Of a stretch of 64,000 nucleotides of DNA, positions 47,192 through 58,459 are shown one piece after another. Below the pieces are notes generated by a model that saw only the letters and a list, made by a program, of their open reading frames with translations, did no database searches and had not been told where the DNA came from. The stretch is from Phyllobates terribilis (Eukaryota): NCBI RefSeq assembly GCF_046119375.1, contig NW_027362763.1:101928001-101992000 (forward strand), in the 5' to 3' direction. Made by a program: the position numbers and the translations under genes. Within the stretch, counting starts at the first letter, position 1. Every line of letters starts with the position of its first letter.

Positions 47192-50100
47192 ATTACATAA
47201 CTCACTACTTACAGAAATTAAAGAAATCGAAATTTGAAATACAACCAATGCTATAATGGTGGATAAAATTTTTTTTCCACAGTATAAATTAAATTGACAA
47301 ATTCTCCTATTTAAAATCTTGCTGATCGTATCACAAAATTTAAGCTCAGCAGACTTTACTCTTAATGATCTAAAAATTATTTCTGAGAACTTTTAACGCT
47401 GGGAAACAAGCTCCTGACATCCATCATACGTCTCTTCATCAGGAACCGCAAATATACGGTCCCCATTTTCCCAATATTTCCTCTGAGATGTATGACGAAG
47501 ATGTCGGGGTCTGTGAACCTATCACTCATCATGAAGGTTTGATCAATCAGGCCATCCCATCATTGACATCCGAGCCCCAGCCAGCAGACCCTTACTCGAA
47601 CGTTGGATTTTTTTTTATAATTTTGTGAATAAAACATGTCTGAAATTTCCAAATCATCACATTCTTCTTTACACTTTACACATTGTCTTTTGGAATTGGG
47701 GTTGCACATTATTTGTCTCTTACTCCACAAACAGAACAAGTTTTAATCAAATAAAGACACAAGTTTTCCCAATTGTGCTGAGGAGGAAGCAGACAACCTT
47801 ACATGTGCTGTGGAGCTGTCCGGAGTTATCGGTAACAATATTTTTGGATGATAGAAAATGTGGTATATACTGTAACAGGAGATTGGGACAGAAGTGATGT
47901 TACTCTAATATGGTAGAAAATGATTAATGATTATGTAAAATATGAATTAAGATAACCTATAATTAATGAACAAATGTTTCAGCTGAATATTGTATGAAGA
48001 AGTTATCTGTATTTTATCTATCGATCTTGTATATCTATCGCTTATCTACTTGTTATAATTTTCTCCAATATCCCTAGCTAAACACATCTATAATATATAT
48101 TGGATAAATATGCTCCAACATTGATTTTCAAAATGTCAGGCATTCTCCTTCTTGGTGTTGCAATTGCAAAGGATTTGAAAATGACTTTAAACAAGAGCTG
48201 AAATGTCGCTATGTCTCATATGTTTTGCATGGAATAAAATACTTCTTGGATTTTTCGCAGTGCTGCTCTATTTAGTCTTTTTGCAAATAGGTAGGTGGAT
48301 GGATTCATGGAAAGGTAGACACAGCGGGTGAAATAAGCATTGAACTTGTCTCCAATTTTGTTTCGAAGGGTAAAAAATGTAATCATCAATTTTGCATTTC
48401 TACAACAAATTTACAAAACATTTTTTTAGGGACCACATCACATATGAAGTGACTTTGAGGGACCTGTATGACAAATACCCCAAAGTGACACCATTCTAAA
48501 AACTGCACACCTAAAATTACTCCAAACCATATTCAAGACGTTTATTAACCTTTCACGTGCTTCACAGGAATTAAAGCAAAGTGGAAGAAAAAAAAAAAAT
48601 TTAAGGCTAAAGCAACATTTTTTTCGGAAAAAGTAAAATTATAATTTTTGGGCATACAGCTGGGCTTGCAAAGGAAGGAGCACCATTTGACTTTTGGAAA
48701 GCAAACTTGTCTGGAATAGATAGTGGACACCATGTCATGTTTGTGGAGCCTCTGATGTGCCTAAATGGTGGAAAACTGCCATTTTGAAAACTATACTTCT
48801 CAAGGAACTATGAGGTGTGGTGAGCACCTTGAACCCACTGGTGCTTCACAGAATTTTATAATGTTGAGCTGTGAAAATGAAAAAATAATACATTATTCCA
48901 ACAAAACTGTTAATTCAGCCCCAATTTTTAATTTTCACAAGGTGAACTAAAGAAAATGGACTGTACATTTTTTTTTTCATGCAGTTTCTCCTGAGTACGT
49001 CAATGCCCCATATGTGGTAGAAAATAACTAACTACTTTTCAAGCAGAGTTCAAAGCTCTAAAGGGAAGAAGCGCCATAGTGGTGCTCAGAATTTGCTGGA
49101 ATGGTTTGAGGGTGCCATGTCATATTAGCAGAACTCCTAAGGTGTCAGAACAGGAGAACTCCCATAAGTGACCCCACTTTACAAACTACTCCCCCAAATG
49201 AATTCATTCAGGGGTACAATGAGCATGTTGACACCGTGGGTGGGTCACAGTATGTCATACCATTGGACAGTGAAGAAAAAATAATTAGATTTTCTTCTAA
49301 GAATGCCAATACCCTATATGTAATCAGGAAATACTTTTTAGGCAAAATGGAAACCTCAGCAGGGTAGGAGCTAGCACTAAAATGCTCAAGTACTCGTTAC
49401 CTGGGTCGAGTAAATCGTAATGCTCGGGTATTCAACCCGAGTAACGAGTACGATGTAAGCCAATGGGAAACTCTAGCATTTTTCTGGTGCCCCCCCCCCC
49501 CAGAGGACTGAAGGGGGTTTAAAAATTGGTCAGATCTAGCCTGCTGTATCACATTTGTCATAGAACAAAATAGATTTTTTACTCTGCATAAGCAGTGCAT
49601 ACAGCTGAGTTTCAACGCCACAAAATTACAAGATGAGCTATAGCTTAGTGTATGACATTAGCAACTGAAAAAATGTAGGGTTTTTGTTTTTTTCTGCAAC
49701 AGCTCTGCACACAACTGAATTTCAGCATCACTATATGAAAAAGTGAGATATGGTTTGCTGTATCATATTAGTCACAGAAGTTTTTTTTTTTTTTTTTTAC
49801 TCTGCATACAGCTGAATTTCAACCCCACAAAATAACAAGGTGGACTACTATGGCTTGCTGTTCACATTAGTAGGTGAAAAAAAAGATTTTTAATGGTGTA
49901 CTCGTGCATGGAGCACAACAGCGTTCTATGAAATGGGCCCTGCTGTCTTTGTGTGGACTTCAGTAATGGCACAAGAAAAAAAAATCTGCTGGAAGTTCGA
50001 TTTCACAGCCACACAAGGCACTAGATTATCTGACTTAGAGATTTTAGCTAGTTAAATAGGCGGTTGCTTCTCAGTATACAGGAGCAGCATCAGCAGCAGC

Positions 50101-50469
50101 CTCTGTGACATGCTTTAATCGGAAAATGGCGCTAACACAGCATGTCCACTCTTTATATGGAGAGGACATGTGATTTCAGCAGCCAATGGCACAAGCCCTA
50201 GTGTCTGGACAGTGGGGATGCTTCCTTCACCCTGATTGGCTAGCTGCGATTTGTACACATAGTTAGGGGAAAAAAAAAAAAAAAAAATTACAAGTACATC
50301 ACTCCTCTGAGCACTTCTGAGCTCTCACAAGCCCCTCCCTGCAACAAACAGGTCCCCCTCACTCATCATACACCACCACTATGCTAGCCGAAGTGTTAAA
50401 TACTTTAGTTGCAATGCAATCATTTCCAGCACTTTTTCACCGAATTTTACTGATTTTTGACAATATTAA

Positions 50470-51757
50470 CCCCTTAACCCCCGGAGCATTTTTCGTTTTT
50501 GCATTTTCGTTTTTGCTCCCCTTGTTCCCAGAGCCATAGCGTTTTTATTTTTTGGTCAATATGGCCATGTGGGGGCTTATTTTTTGTGGGACGAGTTGTA
50601 CTTTTCAACGCCATTACTAGTTTTACCATATCCTGTACGGGAAAACGGGGAAAAAAATTCCAAGTGTGGTAAAATTGCAAAAAAAGTGCAATACCACAGT
50701 TGTTGTTTATTTATTTTTTTTACCACGTTCACTGAATGCTAAAACTGACCTGCCCTTCTTATTCTACAGGTCATTACGAGTTTATAGACACCAAACATGT
50801 ATAGGTTCTTTTATATTTAAGTGGTGAAAAAAAATTCCAAAATTTGGTAATAAAAAAATAAATAAAAAAATAGCGCCATTTTCTAAGACCCGTAGCGTCT
50901 CCATTTTTCGTGATCTGGGGCTGGTTGATGGCTTATTTTTTGCGCGCCGGGCTGACGTTTTTATTGATAACATTTGGGGTAGATCCGATGTTTTGATCGC
51001 CCGTTATTGCATTTTATTGCAATTTTGAGGCGACCAAAAAACGTAATTCTGGCGTTTAGAATTTTTTTTCTCGTTACGCCGTTTACCGATCGGATTAATT
51101 CTTTTTTTATATTGATCGGGCGATTCTGAACGCGGTGATACCAAATATGTGTATGTGTTTTTTTTTTATATATATATTTTATTTTGAATGGGGCGAAAGG
51201 GGGGTGATTTTAAACTTTTATATTTTTTTTATTTTTTTTTATATTTTTAAAAACTTTCTTTTTTTTTTACTTTTTGCATGCTTCTATAGTCTCCATAGGA
51301 GACTAGAAGCAGCAACTATCCGATCGCCTCTGCTACATACAGGGGACGAGCAGGTCCCCTGCATGCAGCAGAAATGGTCCTGTGCTATGAGCGCCGACCA
51401 CTAGGTGGCGCTCATAGCGACAAGATCATGACAACCACAGACTTCTGCTGCAGACCCTGGGTTGTCATGCACGCCCATCGGCGACCCGCCATCACGTGAC
51501 GGGGTCGCCGGTGGGCGGGGCTTATGACGCGCTACCCGGAAGCGCGCGTTAAATGCTGCTGTCGGAGATTGACAGCGGCATTTAACATGTTAACAGCCGC
51601 GGGTGGATCGCGATTCCACCCGCGGCTGTTGCGGGCACATGTCAGCTGTAAGAATCAGCTGACATGTGCTCCGTTCAGTGAGGGCTCAGCGCAGCAGCCC
51701 TCACTGAACGGGGGGATCGCAAATATGCGTACTAATACGTCCCCGGTAAGTAAGGGG
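50470..51757. mobile_element. piggyBac-like non-autonomous element
   Basis: TTAA|CCCCTTA...TAAGGGG|TTAA (50466-50469, 51758-51761); single TTAA at the paralogous site 27700-27703. Confidence 0.85.
51398..51412 (+). promoter_or_regulatory. CTCF-consensus motif CCACTAGGTGGCGCT
   Basis: Identical motif to 35001-35015 in the same repeat family. Confidence 0.4.
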
Positions 51758-51774
51758 TTAATATAAAATGCTTG

Positions 51775-52967
51775 TGACGCGCCCCCTGGGACATATTCCT
51801 TTTTGAGGGGAATACCCGGCACCGGATCAGATGGGGGGTTGTAGTCTCCGAGCGGCTGTGACCCGGTCCCGTGCCCAGGGCGTCAAGCTCAGTGTGATGT
51901 GGCAGTTCTACAGATGTTACTAAAGTTCTTTTGTGTCGACTACGCCACCCGTTGTATTGCGGTCACTATGGCCGCCGCTGCAGCAGGGTCCGCTGAGGCT
52001 GATGGTGTTGGTGCAGCTATTGATAGTATAACCCCCAACGGGTGGGGTATAGCCTCAGGGGGTCAGGTGCAGAGGATGGGGGTTGTAGTGGTGCAGCATA
52101 GATGTTAAAGGAAGACAGAGTCGGGTTGTGCAGTTTAGGGTATTTACTCACTGCTGATGTTCCGGTCACTCCAGCTTCAAGTGACCACCCGAGCCGTGCT
52201 GCATCCACCAGGTCCTGGATCCAGCCAACCCCCAAACAAGTCCGGAGCGTGGCCCTGAGCTCTCCCTCTGTCCTTTCTTCAGCCGTCCCCACCAGTGATC
52301 CACCCAGGTCCAGCTCCCTCGGGCCTTCTGTTGGGTGACCCTTGGCCTTGGGTTCCCTGACCCTCCGTGTGGTATGCCTTCGTGGTGGATGTGGTGGGTG
52401 GCCGTGGCAGACGCTGCCCACGGCCTCCGGTCTCTGGCTGGGGATTGTTTTTACCCCCACCAGTTTGGGTTCCGGTACCCTTTTGCTGACTCCTCACCCG
52501 GTGCTCTAATTTGGGTTCTTGGGTCCCTTCAGTCTTCCCCCTCTGGGTCTTTCTCTTTCTTTCTCCTCTCTCTCTCTCTCTCTAGGGCTCTGCTCTGCTC
52601 CTCTTCCTGATTCTGACAGACTGACCCTGATTCTAGTTGGTGCCCACCTTATATATCCCTCTATGTGTGAGCTCAGGTGACCAGCACCCAATGAGCTCCT
52701 ATCTTTACCCAGGCTGCTCCCCCTATCTGCCCCTACACTACTTGGGATGTACCACCCCCCTCCCACTCCAGCCAGGAACAGACTCGGTCGTACCTGCACA
52801 TTTCTAAGTGGGAGTACCGTTGGTCTGTTCCTCGGAAATGGGATGTATGTAGTGCATGCAGCCTACCGAGCTCAGTTCCACACTCCATCCTTACCCGGGA
52901 GTGGAATATCACACCTCTGGGTTGAGGTGCAATACCCCTGTAGCAGCCGAATCCTCAGGGTGCTACA
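51775..52967 (-). mobile_element. Solo LTR closely related to 4900-6124, opposite orientation
   Basis: TGACGCGCC...GGGTGCTACA; TSD CTTG (51771-51774, 52968-52971). Confidence 0.88.
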
Positions 52968-54243
52968 CTTGTTTCCGATCACGAATCTGAATGTGCCATA
53001 TTCATGCCGAATTTGAAACTTGTGATTTTGTTTTTCAAACATATTCGCTCATCATTAGTCCTCACTTCTCAGATGTCTACAGACTGATGGTAATGACATA
53101 TCCCAAAAGATGTGTCTCCCCTATACTTTTTACACCAATTTCTAAATGCGTTAATTTTTTCAAATAAGACAAAAACCAGTCCAACATTAACCTTCTAATC
53201 TGTGTCCTATAGTATGTTTTAAAGAAAATATTTAAGAAATTTCCAACTCATTGCATACTTGTTCTCTATAAATTTTATGCAGCGTTCCAATTGATTTGGA
53301 ATTGGTGTTTTATTATATAATAATGGGAGCCGTGCTGTGTCGGGCAGATAATCAATTTACGGAATGACTTGCATATTTGTATCCATTTACAAGTCCCAAG
53401 AGAGCCAATGTTCTCACAAATCCACTGGGTGCTGTATGTATGGAGGGGAAGACAACTGAGAATGAAGATTAAATTCTAAATCTATAAATAACACAGGTCT
53501 GGGACTAAAAAGCTGTTTCATTATATGAAAATAATTTCCATGTATTTTGGTGTTTTGATAATGAAAAAAAATATTGAAAAAAAATCCAAAGCATCAGGAC
53601 TTGCCACAAACCTATAGGTTATTCTGCTAACTCTGGTGTGAATCATTGGCAGGCAGCTTATATTCTTTCCCCATTAACATCAATAGGAACTGCGGGACTG
53701 GCTGGTGGCAGCACTGGTTAGTGATATAATGAAAGGTCCTTGTTAGTGTTGAGCGAGCACTAAAATGCTCCGGTGCTCGAAGCTCGGGCCGAGCTCGCCA
53801 TGATACTCGGGTGCTCGACCCGAGCAACGAGCCCAATGTTAGTCTATGGGAGACTCTAGCATTTTTTGCGGTGGCACCCCCGGCAGTCTTTTAAAAGCCT
53901 AAAAAGTGCCCAAAGCGATAGTGACAGTGCTCAAATGACATGGGCACAGCATGGGGATCGCCCCAGGAAGCATTTCTGACCCCAGGTCACTGCTGTCAAC
54001 AACGTGGTCAGAGGTATTAAGCCTCTTTTACAGGCTCACAGTAAAACGTTCAAAAACGAAAGTGAAACTTTTTTCCTGTGAAATATGTTAAGGAACATCC
54101 TTTCCAGGGTAAAGACTTGTGTATAAGTTAAAATAAATGACCAAAAACAAAAATACTCCTCCACACCTTCGGCTATGTTCACAAGTAGCATTTTTTATGC
54201 GTTTTTGCACTTTTGTATTGCTTTCAACTATGACAAATGCATT

Positions 54244-55276
54244 TGACTCGCCCCCTGGGCCGTGGGGCACTCGGATCCGGGCAATAGGGAACGATGGGAG
54301 TAGTAGTGGCAACCCGGTTCCGTGGCTCAGGGTGGTCAGGCCAGTGGTAGTCCGTTATGTGCTATTGATTATGTCCGACTACGCCACCCGTGGATTTGCG
54401 GTCATTAGGAACCGCCGCTGCAAGGCAGACCGCTGGGGCTGATGATGTATGCAGCTGGGATGGTGTGACTCCCCACGGGAAGAGTGCGGCCCCAGGGCAG
54501 TGTTGTGGATGTTGGGAGTGATGGTAGTGAGAGTCTCAGTGCTGATAGTGCTGGAGGAGCAAGGAGCACGCAGACAACAGGTTGCAGTCCAGGGTCTTTA
54601 CTAGAACAGGTAAATTGACCCACAAACAGTCCCAGCTAGGAGGGGACCTGGATGTCTGAGAGCAATGGGGAAATGGGCCCTGGTCAGGGTGAGGGTGTAA
54701 GCCTACCGTGCTTTCTGTGCTCCTTCAGGCTATCTCCTCGTTATAGGGTAACAGCCCACGTTTCCGAGCTTTCCGTGTATTCTCGCCTGTATGGCCTGCG
54801 ACGTAGGTTCCTTTCTGCTCCCAGCCTTGTACGGCTTTGCTGGTCCCTTCTGTTGTGGCAGGGCCTCCAGGCTTCTTAGCCCAAGGAATATACAGTCCCC
54901 TGCGGACTGGTTATCTGCTGGGGGATGTGGAATCCTCCCAGCCTCAGACACCAAAGTCTGGTAAATTAAGTCCGTTATCTGCCAAGACAGGCTCTCTTCG
55001 CCTCTTGTCTCTGGCTTGTGGCTCTCCTACTGCCACACTTCCTCATAGGGTGCAATACAACTGTCCCTCTCTGCTCTGGGACCTGAATCCTGAGACAGGT
55101 CGTCCAGCTCTCTCTAACCCTTCCCCCAGCACCAGCTTTTATAGGGGCAGCCAGCTCCCCCTACTGGCCTGAGACAGGAGGCATTGCATGCTAATGTTAC
55201 CCTGACTAGAGAACCTCCCCCTTGCTCTCAGACACAGCTTTAATTACACTTGTGGCATCCAGGCCAGGGTGACACA
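54244..55276 (-). mobile_element. Solo LTR inside hAT copy 3
   Basis: TGACTCGCCCCCTGGG...GGGTGACACA; TSD CATT (54240-54243, 55277-55280). Confidence 0.82.
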
Positions 55277-55459
55277 CATTCACCGTGAAATGTCATTTTA
55301 ACATTTTACAACCTTATCTGGCCATGTGTTGTGTGACACATGCTTAAAGTGCTGAAAAGACCAGGGAACAGCATGGGGAAGACCCCTGGAAGCATCTCTG
55401 ACTCCCAGGTCACTGTCTAAAAGTGTGCCCATCATAAGTGATCCTTACCGCATCAGAAG

Positions 55460-56720
55460 ATGCAGACTTGCAACTATCCCCATGCAAGTTCTAGTCCCAG
55501 GGCAGTGTTCAATTGTACCTCCCCCATTCCTTGCAATACAAGCGCAAGTATGCAGCCTGCCACCCACCCACCCCCAGGCTGCAATACCATACTGCTTGCT
55601 TGAACTTGAAATTGAGCCTTTTAGGCATGTGGAGGCGGAATCAGGCCACCACGTCATGGCTGTGTTGGTGGCCTGGAACCCATACTCAGTCCCCAGCCGC
55701 CCGGCGGCCGGGTGTCCATACTCTGTCCCCAGCCGCACCATGGCCGGGAGTCCACACACGGTCCCCAGCCGCCTGGGGGCAGCCGGGTGTCCATAAACGG
55801 TCCCCAGCCTCCCCTATTTCTCCTTGGAACATCCCCCCCACACACTTTTCTTAGCCCGGCCTGCTTTAGGCAGCATTGGACAAGCCCACCAGAGAACCAG
55901 ACTCCTCCGGTGGGCCCTGACTTCTCCATCGGTGGAGTTGAGAGTGCCAAGGTGAGGAGCATGATGATGATGATAGAAGTTAGCATCTGCTATGTTTTCT
56001 TTTAATGCAAGTGTAAGTGTGCAGCCTGCCACCCACCCACCCCCAGACTGCAATTCCATACTGCTAGCCTGCACTTGAAATGGGGCCTTTTAGTTTGGAG
56101 GAGGCCGAAGCTGGCCACTACCTCATGGCTGCTTCGGCAGCAAGGTATCCATACTCAGTCCCCAGCCGCCCATATTTGTCCTGGTGTGCCTTATACATAA
56201 GATTAAGCGCGTATACTAAAACATTACCTGTGCCCTCCCCAGTGCATTTAGTGGGAAGGAGAGCCTATTCCGCTGTAGTGTGTGCATGCCAAACCCCTGT
56301 TCATGGTACATGCGAAGATGCCTCCCACCTTGCACCGGTCGTTGCAGACTTGCAACTATCCCCATTCAAGTCCTTGTCCCAGGGCAGTGTTCAATTGTAC
56401 CTCTCCCATTCCTTGCAATGCAAGCGCAAGTATGCAGCCTGCCACCCACCCACCCCCAGGCTGCAATACCATACTGCTTGCTTGCACTTTAAATTGGGCC
56501 TTTTAGGCATGTGGAGGCGGAATCTGGCCACCACGCCATGGCTGTGTCGGCGGCCTGGTATCCATACTCAGTCCCCAGCCGCCTGGTGGCCGAGCCCACC
56601 GGACTATCAGACTCCTCCGGTGGGCCCTGGCTTCTCCATCAGGGGAGTTGAGAGTACCAAGGTGAGGAGTATGATGAGGATGATGGAAGCTAGCATCTGC
56701 TTTGTTTTGTTGTAATGCAA
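55460..56720. repeat. Complex internal tandem repeats of hAT copy 3
   Basis: ~240-bp block at 55462 and 56342 (partial at ~56005); ~95-bp block at 55897 and 56607; ~32-bp CCATACTCAGTCCCCAGCCGC units at 55680-55810. Confidence 0.75.
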
Positions 56721-57198
56721 GCGCATGTATGTAGTAGCGGCTAGGCCTGAGGTGGTCAGCGTTTTGACGCATATCCTAACTCCTCCGAGGATTGCTGGAT
56801 GTTTTCCTGCTACTATCCAAGTTCTATGACTCCCGTTAAAACATAGCTTCAGGTGATAAATGATGGATGAGGTAGTGGCAAAGGAGAGAGCAGGAGGAAC
56901 AGGGACCATTCACATCAATATCAGGCCAGTCAACCAGATATGTATTGTAGTATATGTTTCTTTAACAAAAGGAGCGTTTTGGCTACACAGTTATAGGGCA
57001 TACAGTGAGTGCAATGCCTACCAAAAATTTTGAGCCACTCCAATGCCCCTTGGAAATGACATGGAGGTCAGAGGGCGTTAACTAAACCTTTTTTTCCATT
57101 TATAGCAACTGGGTAACCCATGCACTGTTGGCCTAAGCAGTGAATGGAAGGCTTTCCAAAAATTATGAGGAACTGCAATGCCCCTTACAAGAGCCATG

Positions 57199-58200
57199 TG
57201 TGGCACCGCAGGGGTCTGGTCACCACAGTAATAGAGATATTACGTCGGAGAGCAAGTGGGAGGTTTCCTGGTCAGGATCCCTTAAACATGCAACATCCTC
57301 CTGCCCCAATCCTGGGAGGGGAGAATTCTGCCCTTAAACTGGATCTGGGGCGGGGTTGAGTGAGTCAGAGAACAGTCGGTCAGAGTGAGAGCAAGGGAAA
57401 GTAACAGCAAGGAGCTCTGAAGGAGCTAAGAGCTAAAGACCAGGGGCTGGAAGCTGAGCTGAGCTCGCCCTGGCAGAAGACAATAGGAACCGGACACAGG
57501 AGTCCGAAGCTGTGAGGACTTGTATATCCAGCAGCAGAAACCAGCCGGCAGGGGATTTCAGGTCCTCTGGCCATAGAAGCCCGGAGGCTCAGTCACAAGC
57601 AAGGGACCAGCACCGCCGTCGTGGAGCGGAGGCTAACAGAAGGCCCCAAGTCACCAGCCATACGGGTGAGCACTACACGGTACACTCGGGGACGTGGGCT
57701 ACTTCTACCCGCTTACAGCAAGGTAGCCAGGAAGAGTGCAGACAGACGGGGAGGCCTACAACTCCACCTGGCCAGGGGAACTCCTGCTTGCTCACAGACT
57801 GACCAGGCCTCTTATGCTAGCCAGTACTCCCGGGAGGGTCTACCTTATAATCATCAGTAAAGACCCTGAACTGCACTGCAAAGACTGAGTGGTTCCTGCT
57901 GCGCTTGTGCACCATCACCCCCATCATCCACACTCACTGCCCTGAGGCTATACTCCTCCCGAGGGGAGTTATCCCATTCTATGCTGTGCACACAACACCA
58001 GCCTCAGCGGTCTGCCTCGCAGCGATGGTACTCCCTGACTGCAATCCACGGGTGGCGCAGTCGGACAATTAACCTCAAAACCTAAGAGACTGCCACTGGT
58101 TTGACTAGCCTGAGCCATGGGACCGGGTCACCGCCACAGAGACTACAGACCCCAGAGACCCGGCACCGGGTATCCCACACACGGCCCAGGGGGCGCGTCA
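57199..58200 (+). mobile_element. Solo LTR inside hAT copy 3
   Basis: TGTGGCACCGCAGGGG...GGGGGCGCGTCA; TSD CATG (57195-57198, 58201-58204). Confidence 0.85.
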
Positions 58201-58459
58201 CATGCAGTACAGGATATTACAAACATAAGTCCCATTATTGGGGAGTGGATGTCCCATAGTATTTGCTTATGCTTTCCAAGCAAAAGCTGCCAAAAATTAG
58301 GACGGAGGAACTTGCAATGCTGGCACCCTGGTGGTATAGTGGTGGTGGAGGCTGAGGATAAGGAGAAGATAAAACAGCCGAAACGAGGAAGCGTATACCC
58401 ATGTGTGGGTGTGAAGTGGTGCATGGGAATACACCTCCCGAAATAACACAGTGGATTTG

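Larger units (their letters stand above)
29741..53490. repeat. Segmental duplication unit 2
   Basis: Colinear with unit 1; differs by independent TE insertions. Confidence 0.85.

Noticed and set aside
55425-56772. Pro/Gly-rich ORFs up to 211 aa
   Set aside because: They arise from tandem repeats in a transposon arm and have no domain signature.
4900-58200. Pairs of LTRs as ends of one full-length retrotransposon
   Set aside because: Each LTR has its own matching 4-bp TSD on both sides, and no PBS, PPT or internal genes adjoin them.
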